Counted from the first letter of the whole stretch, positions 50,773 to 63,625 are shown. The stretch is DNA of 63,713 nucleotides, filler included, from Globobulimina sp. (GCA_003354225.1; 44 parts of 44 records of this genome joined end to end with filler, not necessarily neighbours in it); one strand, 5' to 3'. Notes: generated by a model not told the origin, from the sequence alone. Numbers and translations: made by a program.

Positions 50773-51936
50773 CTTTCCCAGTGTCCTGCAGCTCAGAGAT
50801 CATATCGTTTATGAAGGCGGCAAAGAGGATGGGGCTCAGGACAGAGCCTTGAAGCACTCCATTTTCAAGTTTGTAGAGGTATTGCGAATGGCAGAATGCG
50901 AATTATCGTAGATCGCTTTTATTATTCTGCAGGTATTGATGGGAATATTGAAATTATGGTGGAGTTTGTATAGGAGTCCTTTCCGCCAAACTGTATCGAA
51001 TGCTTTGCAGATGTCGAGGGAGGCACAGTAGAGGGGTTTGTGTTTTTGTTTAGCCGTTTCAGATATTATGTGCAATGCTCCGATTTGTTCAGGCACACCT
51101 CTCTTCGCTCTGTTACCGCCTTGCAGAATGTGTAGGCTTTTGCGGAAGCGATGATCTATGTTCATGTGCCATAGGACGAGGCGTTCATATGTTTTGAAGA
51201 TGATCGGGAGAAGGGTTATGGGTCGGTAATGATTGGGCGTGTTTCCATTGGTAATGATTGGGCGTGAAATGACTGATCCAAGCCGTGAGAAATATGGTAT
51301 GACATATGTTTGGTTCCACACATTGAACAGGATGCACAACAACTTATTGGTAATGTCACTGTTTAGTTTTAGGTGTGAAGTCTTAATGCCATCATACCCT
51401 GGCGCTGAGTTTCCATTTGCAAATTTTGCACAATCATCATTTGTTTGTGTTTGGTCAGTCGTTGCACTCTCGGGAAAGGCACCAACAGTGGGCATGCCAA
51501 ACATGACATCATTATCAGAGTCATATTCGTCAGTAACTGGGTGGGTCTCACGGAGTGCACTCTCAATGCGGGCCAATTCATTCATTTCATCTTCATTGCT
51601 TTCTTTGTAGTTTGGATCAAAGTGTGGGATTGAATGGTCTGTATTGGGTTCCCTCCAGTTCTCAAAGTGCTGTACAATGGGTTCCGGTATTTGGGAGTCA
51701 TTGTCGCTTTCCTCCGGGGCTGGTTTATGTGGTATAAAATGGAGCTCATTCGGCTCATAATTGTGGAGGTTAATGTTGAATTGGTGAATGTTTGGGAGTT
51801 TATCATTAGAGAGCGGGGAAGGGATCGGGCCACTTATTTTTGAGAAGTGATCCGCTAAGGCTTTGTCCTTCGGGGCAAGGGCATCATTATACAGTAGAAA
51901 GGGTTCAACTTCGATGTAATTGGTTTTATAGTTCAT
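50773..51936 (-). mobile_element. Non-LTR retrotransposon reverse transcriptase (frameshifted)
   Basis: APGYDGI, YRPITLL, LDICKAFDTV, then in another frame GVLQGSVLSPILFAAFIND. Confidence 0.93.
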
Positions 51937-52316
51937 CGATTTGAACGTTTTTAGTTTTTGACAATGAGAAAGATTTCCAAATCGGATGTTATTGCGGCGG
52001 AGGTTATTTATTTTGACATTTTGATAAAGTTTATTTGAATCACTCAGTATCGTTGCGCCTATTTTATATTCAAAGTGAGCGCTGTTTTATATGCAAAGTA
52101 GGCTTTTCATGTGAGTGTAATNNNNNNNNNNNNNNNNNNNNNNNNNNNNNNNNNNNNNNNNNNNNTTAATTAATTAANNNNNNNNNNNNNNNNNNNNNNN
52201 NNNNNNNNNNNNNNNNNNNNNGTTCAACTATTTCGTGATCACAAGATGGACATTTCTTCTTATAAATCAGCTAAAAAATATAAAATAAAACTCAAAAACT
52301 ATTACGGTATATCTAT

Positions 52317-52535
52317 CAGAGGTGTTCAAGGGCAGCCATTGCGACGACCCGACCCGGCCCGTCAGAAATTTTTCCACGCCCGGCCCGACCCGTTTCCCAA
52401 AAAAATCAGGCCCTGGCCCGCCATAGCTCGTCACCCCAAAAACCAAGCCCGAGCACGGCTCAGCCCGTTGGAAAATGTCTCAGGCCCGGCCCCTACGGGC
52501 CGGGTCGGACCCGAGCCGGTCCGTAAATACCTCTA
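52317..52535. mobile_element. hAT-family MITE, 219 bp
   Basis: 8-bp TSD ATATCTAT at 52309-52316 and 52536-52543. Imperfect TIRs CAGAGGTGTTCAAGGGC and TAGAGGTATTTACGGAC. Many internal GCCCG/ACCCG motifs. Confidence 0.88.
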
Positions 52536-53670
52536 ATATCTATACCTCCAGAACCTACATAACTAGAAAAATTTATGCCAAAAAATATATCAAGGGGAAA
52601 GTTGAAAAAATTTCTAAAAAGTTATACTAAAATCTAGATTTTTTGACAAAAACTTGAAAAAACAATATAAATTGCTTTATATAGTGACTTTTTCCTCAAT
52701 TTCAAAACAACTATGTACAGCATATCCAAAATCATGACTTTTACTGACTTCTAACACACTCCCTTGTATGTACGTCCTAAACACTATTCTAAGTATTACC
52801 TGGATTTTAAATAGATTCCTTAGTCTGTCAGATGCGAAACGAAGCATATAATCAAAAAACAATTTTGCATCTTCTTGACGTCGATAATAATAGGCTAAAA
52901 GTATAAAAATTAATCATTTCATCAATTGTAACAAACAGAGAAAACTCAGTAACACATATCTGCTGAACCTCAACTAGAATGCACAGCCATCTACGTATAG
53001 TATATTGTAGCATTATTTTACAATATAATGCAAACAACAACAAAAGCCAACATATCTACCCTTTTCCATGTAGTCATGCATAAGATTAATCATCAGTAAA
53101 TCCGAAACCTAAATTCACAGATTTTTCCCTGATCCCAACACGAAATTCCCTGATTTTTGAAATACGATTTTTTGAAGTTCTGAAAAAATAATTTGATGCT
53201 CTATGACCGAACCACAGTAGTTTTTGAAAAATCCCCTTTCCGTACAATAATTTGATGCATTACGAGTAATTCTGCCCGACCGAAGGCCACAAGTTTTGGC
53301 GAAATCGGTGTTCTAACCCTAAAAATTTCCTCATTTCGCGCTAAATTCCCCAATTTTCCCCTCATTCCCTGAGAAATATCTCAATTCATTAATTTCCCCG
53401 ATTACTAATGAACCCTGATGTAGAAATGTCCAAACCAATTACCCCTCACATTGTTTCGGTACCCCGAAACAATAACATCACTAATCCCCACCCACATACA
53501 ATCCCTCTCACAAAGTGCTCAATGGAAGACCAACCGACCCCAAGTAGCCTTCTCTGGCCGTCAAACAAACNNNNNNNNNNNNNNNNNNNNNNNNNNNNNN
53601 NNNNNNNNNNNNNNTTAATTAATTAANNNNNNNNNNNNNNNNNNNNNNNNNNNNNNNNNNNNNNNNNNNN

Positions 53671-55019
53671 GAATAATTGTTGCATTAATGAGTTCATATA
53701 ACAGGTCGCGCCCAAATTGACTAAACCAACATTGCCATTGAAGGAGCGACTCAATATATTATGCAAATAGTTCCAGTCATCATAATTAAGATATTGCCGC
53801 AGGCGATTGGCTGCCGAATGATGCGATATCATCGCATTTTGAATGTGTTGTCTGGCGAAAGTATACCGGGCAATGGTGAGTAATAAATACATCGCGGTAT
53901 CTCTAGTTCTTTGTTGCTTACACAGCGGTAATTGGTAGAGATCGCGGCGTTGGGTCCACACAGTGTCAATATCGGGGAATAGTCCACGCTCAAATATAGT
54001 ATCCACCAATGTGATTAATTTGTTATTTGTCAACTTATTTTGTGATAAAGTTTGAATTAATTTTGAAATAATTTTCATTGTTCCAATCAAGCATTTATCT
54101 GCATACAATTCATCGCCATTATCATCATTGGGCGCAGCACGAAAGTACGTGGAATATACACTGACTTTGATCGGTAATAATTTCGTATCGTCCACAGTAT
54201 TTAACTGCGATTCCGTCACTTGATAGGATATAAAATACGTCATAAATTTATCCAAAATGTCATACCAATCAATGCCGTTATAATTATTGCAATCTTCAAT
54301 TAACAAAACTTTATACTTCGGGTATTTACACAACACATCAAAGGAACAGACCAAATCCCGTATACAGTCATGCAAAAAATCCATAAACTCCGTACTATGG
54401 AATCTGTCCTGATACTGCAACGATACATTGTTGTTATCAATGCTCAAAATGCCTAATATCTCCAAACAAGCCTTGACAATTCCAACCACTAAGCGTGGAT
54501 CTTGCGAATAATGCTCCAACTTATCCAATGCGCCCAAACTGTACTTATCATCCTGCACAAATATCTTCTGTCCCATTTTAAAATGGTCCTCATACAACAG
54601 CTGCAACTGCGACTTCACCATCAACCGTAACTGCGCATACGGCGAATGTATCAATAAGCTATAAATCCACTGTCGCAAATCCGAGGATAGAAAGTATTTA
54701 ATCAACTTATGCGAATTATCACTCTGTAATATAAACTTCAACACTACAAAGCACAATTTCAGCACTTCCGTAGAGAATTTCATCGGATCAGTCTTCCCAT
54801 TCAAGCCCAAATACGCCTGCGTAGCGCCATTGGCAGGCAACTGAGGACCAATGATACCCACTGCAGCAGCAGCAGTCGATACATTGTTATTCACCGATTC
54901 AGATTCTGTAAACGAGGACAAAACACCAATAATTTTCATAATACTGCTTAAAACGGGCGCGGATAGAAATAAATCAGCCGTCTGTTTATCCGCCAATATC
55001 TCCTGGGCCATACTGTTTG
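53671..55019 (-). CDS. Large ubiquitin-specific protease (USP9/24/34-like), fragment
   Basis: Helical region with PLCK...R, then the Cys box VGLVNLGATCYMNSLMQQLF. Confidence 0.92.
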
Positions 55020-55661
55020 NNNNNNNNNNNNNNNNNNNNNNNNNNNNNNNNNNNNNNNNNNNNTTAATTAATTAANNNNNNNNNNNNNNNNNNNNNNNNN
55101 NNNNNNNNNNNNNNNNNNNTCACGTGTACAATCTATAAAATTATATCATAATAAATATTCCTGTCCATGATTGAACTTTAAATAAACAAAACTCGACAAT
55201 TTTGATGGCACTTAGAGCGTGGTTAAGAAAGCACGAAGTATTTGATAGGGATTTAGTGCTATTATTTCCTAAATATAATGTCAATGATCCTGACAAAGAT
55301 TTGAAAAATCTGACACATAATCAATGGAATTCCATTCAGCAACAAATCAGAGTTGAAAGAGCGAATCTGTTGAAAGATAAAAAAGCCAAAGCTAGATTGG
55401 AAAAAAAGTTTTCTAAAATTACAAAAATATGGAGGAAGAAAGGACGAGGGAAACATAAGAAAAAATTGAAGAAAAAATTAAAAAAAATGGCCAAAGGCAT
55501 GTACATTTTATTTAAAATTCTATTGCATTTTATTTTGGCATCGTCACTTTCCAGATCCTCTGTTACATGGCAGGGAAACATATGGAACATTAAGCAGAGA
55601 GTGGGAGGAAGATTGGAAACAGCAACAAAATGATCTTACCATCAACGATGAGCACATTCAA

Positions 55662-56468
55662 GTGGCTGCTGAATCGCAAGTTAAGTCGCAACCACAAAAA
55701 CCAATGCAACAGACAGCAATGGTCAGCAATGATGATATTGAACCGGATGACATGTCAAATCACTCAAATGCATATGACGAATATATGACAATTAAGATCA
55801 ATGTGAGATCATTGACATACAATAAATTGACAGATACGTATTCAATATCATTAGACCGATGCAAGTTGACTGATAATGACACATTTAAACAGATTGTCAG
55901 CTTTGACATTGATTCCAAACATATAAACATTGATAACGAATCAAATAACATTTTGACTCTCAATGAAATCGATAACGTATTGAATGAGATTGAAATGAAT
56001 GAAAATAAACTAACATTCGACAGTAAAAACATAGCGTTACAGACGAATGATAAGCTGTTAATTTATGGTTTTATCCGAGAAATTGAACCAGAAACAACAA
56101 GCAAAACGCCAATAGATTTAATTGTAGTGATTACTAACTATATTCAATGTGGATATTATGGCAATCATTTAATAAACATAGGTGTTGGCGGTGGAGGTTG
56201 TCGAATGTTGCATGAAATATATAATAATCAACTTATGGAATATCAATCCATTGCATCACAGCCATCCTATAAACACACAAAAATATGCTCCAACGCAGCG
56301 AGTTATTTTGATATTAGCAATGAGGCCGAGAATGGGTGTAAAGCAAAATCAATTTTTGTAGATTTGGAAAGGAAAGTGGTTGACAAAATATTTGTGTTTG
56401 ATAAGCAAAGAGAGGATCTCTCTATTTATCGTTCATCTGATTGTTGTTTGGGAGTAGGTTCAGGATCG
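55662..56468 (+). CDS. Divergent tubulin-domain protein with long N-terminal extension
   Basis: HLINIGVGGGGCRM, SYF, KAKSIFVDLERKVVDKI and IYRSSDCCLGVGSGS follow the order of tubulin N-terminal motifs. Confidence 0.75.
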
Positions 56469-56848
56469 NNNNNNNNNNNNNNNNNNNNNNNNNNNNNNNN
56501 NNNNNNNNNNNNTTAATTAATTAANNNNNNNNNNNNNNNNNNNNNNNNNNNNNNNNNNNNNNNNNNNNAAAATGTGCATTGGCCGAACTCAACCATATTA
56601 TGGCCTTGTGCTGTCGCGCAAGCCATGATATTATGCAATTATGTATGTGAGAGAACTTTTAAACTGTCAGTAAAAATAAATAAAAACCACTTAGGTACTT
56701 TTTATCCATTTCAATCCATTGTTCGTAGAAAATACCCAAAATAGTTCCTTTATTACTAAATCTCTTTTGAAAATAACCATGGACATCTCTTCCGACCAAA
56801 TATCTTTCAAGAAGAGTTACGCATTTCTGAAAATGATGCCATTCGATG

Positions 56849-57076
56849 GGTAGATACGCAAAGGCGCAGCACCAATAGGCGCAGCATGGGGCGGCGCCGA
56901 AGTGAGAATTATATTCTATTTTTAATTTTTGATTTCTTTATGTTTAGGCTGGCGAGCGGAGCGAGCCGCTTAGTGAGCGCGAAGCGCGTTTAGACTAAAA
57001 CCCCCTAAATCTTGCTATCTCACTTCGGCGCCGCCCCGTGCTGCGCCTTTTGGTGCTGCGCCTTTGCGTATCTACC
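56849..57076. mobile_element. MITE with 59-bp TIRs and 8-bp TSD (Merlin-like), 228 bp
   Basis: TIRs at 56849-56907 and 57018-57076 (2 mismatches) start with GG. TSD ATTCGATG at 56841-56848 and 57077-57084. Confidence 0.88.
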
Positions 57077-57641
57077 ATTCGATGCACAAGTTGCGTGCTT
57101 TTCATATGGCTTTCTTGCGTCGTTGGATTTCGTCGACGCAAGAACGCAAAAATTTTTTAATTTCCAACAAAAAAATCCATTCCAAACTAAGCTAAACAAC
57201 CTACTTGATATTCGAGAAAGAGATCGACTACAGGTTTTCTGGCTTGTTCCAATTGACTAAGTGCAAAATTAAGCCAATCCAACAACTTTTCATACATTTT
57301 ATGATTCGAAAAGAAATTGTCGACCAATTTCCACCTTGCTTCCATAATCGAATAATAGAAGTGTTCACGTCCACCTAAAGTTCCAGTGGACAAATCGTCA
57401 GTTTCCACACAAGAAGATTTCATTTTCTTCAACATTGTCCTGCAAATTGACATCCAATATGTGCGACAGACATACAGAGACACCGGGAGAAACTAACAAC
57501 ACGCCCAGGGCAAATTCGGCAACTTATATAACACACCAACCAACTACACCAACACACACCAAATCTACCGTAATCCAACCTAATTACGGTATTTCGCAAG
57601 TGGTGTGAAAACATATCTATTAATTACCGGGTAATAATTAA

Positions 57642-57725
57642 TTAATTTTTGATTTCTTTATGTCTAGGTTGGCGAGCGGAGCGAGCCGCTTAGTGAGCGC
57701 GAAGCGCGTTTAGACTAAAACCCCC
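57642..57725. repeat. Second copy of the 84-bp MITE core (56922-57005)
   Basis: Two mismatches between copies. Contains GCGAGCGGAGCGAGC and the hairpin GCGC-GAA-GCGC. Confidence 0.9.
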
Positions 57726-58017
57726 AAAAATCTCTCACTTTTCAAATTTTTACACCACGCGGTGTCGGTGTCGTCGTATCGTCGTATCGTTGCCCTAGGT
57801 GTAAAATAATTTTTGCCATTTTTTACAACATGAAAGGCCTATTTTTTGCGTCCACTCACTACACAACAACAACTGAATTGAATGAAATATAAAATATTAA
57901 CTCACTTTTTTATGTTTNNNNNNNNNNNNNNNNNNNNNNNNNNNNNNNNNNNNNNNNNNNNTTAATTAATTAANNNNNNNNNNNNNNNNNNNNNNNNNNN
58001 NNNNNNNNNNNNNNNNN

Positions 58018-59366
58018 TCATATGTTTTGGGAATAATACCAGCAATTTTTTGATGATGTTTTTTGGTGGATAAGTTATTGACGTCGTTAAATAAAGATAA
58101 AATATCCAAATTATTGTCGTTTTTGCATTGAATGAGTGATAATAAGAAATATATTTAGTTGCGCAGCTCACTATATTGTTGCTTGTAGTCTGTGTATCAT
58201 TTTCATCAAATACCTGTAACTCGTACGCAGTAGGTGAGATTTCAAACGTTGACATGATGGTTAGTTATATTTTTAAACGTTGACATGAAGTGAAAATAGT
58301 GCATATTTTTAATAATAGCAACGTGCCGTGTTGTCTGACGCTGAACGAATAAAATACTCAGGGAACAATGCAACAATTTCTTATATTTTTAACATTATTA
58401 GCTATAGCTGTATTGAGGAAATCAGAATGCGCATGTAATTTCTATGTTGGTTATCAAGTTGAAGTGATTGAAACCGTTGCATTTGCAGCTGCAGCTTCCA
58501 ATTGTAATATTGACACTTCAACATTCAGTTGTAATGGTGGAACGGGACCATATAAAGGCACATATAAAATTACAGAAGGTTCAAATGGTATTTGTTATAT
58601 CGTACAAAAATCACAAACAATTGGCAAATTTGACCAATGTTACACATATTATGCCCATACGGACACAAATTCAACCATTGGATGTTTACGTGAAGGTGAA
58701 GGGTGCACTCCATATACAACATGTGACGGTCGTTGGGGTGCTTGGGCTGCAATGCATGTATTAAAACCATTATAAATTCCGCCAAAACAACATTTTAAAA
58801 TGGTTATGAAATTTCGATTTTAATTATTAAATATTATATCTTTCACATACAGTCAAATCGCTATGTGCAAGGAAATCTGAATTAGTGTGCTTTGTTTCCG
58901 CGTCATATCCGACAGAAATTAATCTCAAGTAAATTCACTCTCACAATTCTCTCTTTTTTTAACAATGGCAGACGATAAATTGCAAAAGATATGCGAACTA
59001 CGATTACCGACCGGTACGCAAGCAAATGCAACCAAAGAAAGCAAATTAAGCAATAAATCCAACCAAATGTGCTCAGTTTGTGGTGTGATTTCATATTATT
59101 GATTTCATATTATTGTATATGGTATGTGTGCATAACCAACAAATACATGCATTTGTTTCAAACACACGTTATTGTCCGATATAATTAAAATGGATTATCT
59201 TAAAAATATATTAAGACCATATACATTTGATTCGAATTCTTTCTGTGTCATATGTTTTGGGAATAATACCAGCAATTTTTTGATGATGTTTTTTGGTGGA
59301 TAAGTTATTGACGTCGTTAAATAAAGATAAAATATCCAAATTATTGTCGTTTTTGCATTGAATGAG
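58018..59366. repeat. Contig with identical 119-bp terminal direct repeats (1230-bp circular or tandem unit)
   Basis: 58018-58136 equals 59248-59366, exactly at the two contig ends. Confidence 0.93.
58368..58775 (+). CDS. Small secreted Cys-rich protein
   Basis: Signal peptide MQQFLIFLTLLAIAVL and 9 Cys (8 after the likely cleavage site). Complete and intronless. Confidence 0.8.
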   Translation: MQQFLIFLTLLAIAVLRKSECACNFYVGYQVEVIETVAFAAAASNCNIDTSTFSCNGGTGPYKGTYKITEGSNGICYIVQKSQTIGKFDQCYTYYAHTDTNSTIGCLREGEGCTPYTTCDGRWGAWAAMHVLKPL

Positions 59367-59924
59367 NNNNNNNNNNNNNNNNNNNNNNNNNNNNNNNNNN
59401 NNNNNNNNNNTTAATTAATTAANNNNNNNNNNNNNNNNNNNNNNNNNNNNNNNNNNNNNNNNNNNNTCTATGGAATTAATAATTAAACGATTGTATTATT
59501 TGTATGAGTTGCTTGATGATGACGGCTTGGTGGAAATAGAAACTTTTGAGCACAGATTTGATGTAAAAGATTATGATTTGGAGGAAACAACGCGCGGTGA
59601 AGTTTCATTTGACGATCCTCAAGAATTACAAGCCAAAATAACCCGTTATTATTCTATGAAACTGTGCATTGATATGTTATGGTTTATGAGTGATGGATTA
59701 CAAGTTTATAATGGATGTTTAAAACGGATATATAACGATTGGCAATATAGAAAACAAAAAAGAGCTGGTCGGGATTATTTGATTGCCTTTTCAGGGATAA
59801 TTGGTGATTATACACATTTGTGTGGCATTCTCAGTGGAACTATCTTGTACGGTGTTTATAAAATATTTCTAAGTTAAACACTTCAACTTAAAAAACTCAC
59901 TTTCAAATCTCTACCTACCTCAAA

Positions 59925-60560
59925 ATGTCACGAATCTTTCAGATTAAACTGGATCGAAACTCATCACTCCGTGAAGACGTAGAACACAGAAAAAGTAGTC
60001 GGTACAATAAACTAACTGATGGTCGGTCCGATAAATTAATTGATGGTAAAAGTTTAATCACTGATTTTGTTGGTGCAACAGGTAAAATAGTCACAATATT
60101 TACATTGCTTTTGAGCGCTGGATGCATGATCGCAATGTTACTTGTTGGACATTTCTTTGTTTATTATGTTGTAGTATGCATTTACGAAATAATTATAATC
60201 TGTCATTATGGTTATCCGTTAATTAAATTCTTAGTATTAATTCATTTTGGCGATAAAAATGTCGAGGCAGTGGATGCTGATTCATGCTGGTCGATACTGT
60301 ATAAATATTGGTTGGAATGGCAAATTGGATTTTGTTTTAGTTTTAGTCTCATAACATCAATATTATTATTTACATATTTAGGGCAGACAACACCTACAGA
60401 ACAAACAACAAAATATGCTGTCGAAGGTTTATCGTATTTACTTGGTGCATTTAGTATTCCTTTGCCATTAATTTGTTTAAGAATGTATCCAAACGAAAAA
60501 AGACAACCAAATAACACCAGTTATGTGACCGGAGATATTTATGCTACAAATAACAAATAA
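59925..60560 (+). CDS. Hypothetical 4-TM protein, flanked by same-strand membrane-protein fragments
   Basis: Four hydrophobic segments. Neighbours at 59467-59877 and 60610-60815 lie about 50 bp away. Confidence 0.6.
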   Translation: MSRIFQIKLDRNSSLREDVEHRKSSRYNKLTDGRSDKLIDGKSLITDFVGATGKIVTIFTLLLSAGCMIAMLLVGHFFVYYVVVCIYEIIIICHYGYPLIKFLVLIHFGDKNVEAVDADSCWSILYKYWLEWQIGFCFSFSLITSILLFTYLGQTTPTEQTTKYAVEGLSYLLGAFSIPLPLICLRMYPNEKRQPNNTSYVTGDIYATNNK

Positions 60561-61132
60561 CAAATAACATTACACAGAACACGTTGCAAAGAGATGTAGT
60601 ATCACTTCGATGACATATTCTTCTTCAAAAACTAATAAAACATTAATAAAAAAGCATAAATTTAGACCGTGGAGGGAAGAAGGAATTGTATTTTGCACCG
60701 TGATTGTATATATGATACATGTTATTTGTTTTATTTTATATCCTATATTGAATGCAGAATTTACGCGTTCAATCAATGCAATATATTATCGACATGTTCC
60801 AGAAGCAGTTTATTTNNNNNNNNNNNNNNNNNNNNNNNNNNNNNNNNNNNNNNNNNNNNTTAATTAATTAANNNNNNNNNNNNNNNNNNNNNNNNNNNNN
60901 NNNNNNNNNNNNNNNCACTTGAATTTTAAAGATGAGCATCTTTATCTTCAACTAATAACGCAGATCTATGCGTTAATTGTGGTTCTGACGTATATTGCAT
61001 ATTAGGTCAAGATATGATGATTTAAAAAAAAAAAACAATGATTTTCTGTAAAAAAACATCTTTCGTCATCAAAAACAGCCGAATTGCCATCCTCGACTCA
61101 ATTGAATTTGTAAGTAAAATAACAATTTAAAA

Positions 61133-62003
61133 ATGGCAGAAATGAAAAAACAAGCACCTGTTGGAAAACAGGAGAATTTAAAATTATTTTGTGTGGTTGG
61201 ACGTGATTATAATTACAAAAAACAAGCCATTTTCTTTTTAAATGCGTATTGGACTGAACACGGCAAAAATGCTGAAGATGTTTGGCAATTTATCTTAACT
61301 GCAAATGAATTGGATAAAAAAAAAGGAGACACCGGACATTGCTTGGACGAATTTGAAGTATGTTTAATTATTTATATTTTACACAAATTGTCTCATGCAC
61401 ACAAAAAACAATTCAATTCATGCAAAGGCTCATCGATTTTTAGAGAAATTTGGCCAAACCTTAACTGTTGTTGCTATGAGGCAAGAATTAAAAAAAATTG
61501 ACATTGATTCGGATAATCACATGTCTTTATTGGAGTATTTTGTGTATCATTACAATTTAGACATTGATACATTGATGACCAGACCGCAAGGTATGTTTGC
61601 CCCGATTGCCTGCAATGTGCATGCGCGATTTTGCGGTGACAGCACTTCTAAAATAATTCTATAAATAGGCGTCAACGAAGAGGTTGAAAAAGCAGAAGCT
61701 GCGTTGGAATCAGTATTGGCAGAAATTGCCAAAATGGAAAAAAAGAAAGCCAAATTATCAAGAAAAGCCAAAAAAGGTGGCGTGAAAGGCAAAGCTGCAC
61801 AAAACGAGTTAGATCAAATCACAGCGAGCGATCCTATGCCAATTCGTAAAGCCTTAGTGACTGCGCAAGCGGCCGTGCGAAGAGCCCAAAAATCGACAAA
61901 TTTAAATGCTATGGGAAAATTATGGGTTATTCAGAGAGAATTAAGCGAAGCGGCCAAATATAAACCAAAATCAAACTGGAAGCGATCGTCTGCTTTTGAT
62001 TAA
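61133..62003 (+). CDS. Calcium-regulated actin-bundling protein (Dictyostelium ABP34-like), 3 exons
   Basis: Introns at 61358..61427 and 61591..61668. Motifs QAIFFLNAYW, LDEFEAHRFLE, EF-hand DIDSDNHMSLLE, GGVKG and LWVIQRELSEAAKYKP. Confidence 0.88.
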
Positions 62004-62466
62004 ATTTGTAAAATATTGTAATTTTTTTATATTTTCTTTCCCCTTTAGAGATAATTAATATTTGTAAAAAAATTAATTGATTTTAAATTGCATATTTTGT
62101 AAAAAGTTTCTAAAATTATTCACTAATTCACGTATACAACTGGCAAACACTAATAACACACTAAAAAACGTCATTTTTTGGTGAGTTGAAAGTCTTGGAT
62201 CATGGCTTTCAGATTTTGATTTGTAAACAATTGCTTGGTGGATAACTTGTGCTTGGTCACCGGTNNNNNNNNNNNNNNNNNNNNNNNNNNNNNNNNNNNN
62301 NNNNNNNNTTAATTAATTAANNNNNNNNNNNNNNNNNNNNNNNNNNNNNNNNNNNNNNNNNNNNATAAAAAATGTATAAATATTTTGTTATCATACTGAC
62401 ATGCTCCAATTATCTATAAAATTAAAGATTAAATAAACGTAATGTTTAAATACAAGACTAATAAAG

Positions 62467-63625
62467 TCATTTGTCATTAAAAAATAAATCCAATTGTTTC
62501 ACTCTTTTTTGTTGAGTATTGTTCATTTTTTTGCCCAAACCCTTTGTAACTTTCCCATACCAAACTTTTAGTTTCTTTTTTAAATCGCGAACTGCAGAAT
62601 TATTACTTTCAGTGTCCCAGACCGGAAATTTATTAATATTCTTACTTTCCACAATTAAATATTCCAAACACGTATCCCAATCTTTACTTTGCATAATATT
62701 TTTGCCATCCGCTATGATTGCTTTTTTCGCACTGTTTACTGAGGACCGACATCTTTTAAAACAGAAATTATCTCTGCTTGAACCATATCGCGTGTATGGC
62801 TGAGCTTTGCTAATCGCATTTATTAAGACACTGTGTCTCTTAAATACGTTTTCTAAGCTTGGTTTTGGTAATAATTCCTCAAATTCCTTGGCTAATTCAG
62901 ACGCATTTTCTTGTTTATTTAGTAATAATTGTAATGCTGCAATAATTTGATTTTTATCACATGCATTCAACCGAGACATCAATGCACCATTTAATAGCGA
63001 GCCATTTTTGGATTTTGATTTTTTGGATGATTGGCTGTGCAAAAACAAAAACGTTTGATAAAAATACGAATGCAATGCAAATAAAAATATACATATTAAC
63101 AAACCTTACAATCACATTTAGAAATTGGTGGATTTGTAGTTTCCATCCATCAAAATCAATGGTATCGCTATATACTTTATTTCGGGCCCAACGCCACTTT
63201 GCTTTGCTTGGTGCGATAACCTGGCCCAAATATATCATAATTATATTATTTTTAACCCTTTTTTGTAATTCGTCTTTTTTTCCACCCATTGAAATATCTT
63301 CAAATACAGATTCACCATCGATTGATCTCAATGATTTTAAATTTCGTAAAAATGATTTTAACTCAGAGCCTGTAAATGAGTCAATTGCTTTCCATATAAC
63401 TCTTACTTTTGTTTTGTCTTCGTTTGATAGACATGGTTTATTTTCGTCATTGTTGGTGTTATTTTCATTGTTGTTTCCTTCGCTTTCATCACTATCACCA
63501 TTGCTATTTGTATCTGTTTCATCCATTTCTGCGTCTTTTACTTCGACTTGCTCGGAATTACTGCGATATTTGTAATGTTTCAATGAGTTGTTGTGTTGGG
63601 TGTAAATTGTGAATGAATATGACAT
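62467..63625 (-). CDS. SAP-like motif protein, at least 2 exons
   Basis: FTGSELKSFLR...GGKKDELQKRV. Two overlapping ORFs are bridged by an intron-like segment near 63035-63105. Confidence 0.55.

Noticed and set aside
50773..51936. RT as a retron, DGR or group II intron enzyme
   Set aside because: The motifs APGxDG, YRPIxLL, DxxKAFD and QGSVLSP are those of eukaryotic non-LTR elements.
52246..52536. 96-aa Pro/Arg-rich ORF
   Set aside because: It arises from the GC-rich hAT MITE.
1353..62364. Regularly spaced TTAATTAATTAA repeats resembling an array
   Set aside because: This is an artificial linker inside N runs, not a CRISPR or biological repeat. ORFs ending in X...LIN are artefacts of it.
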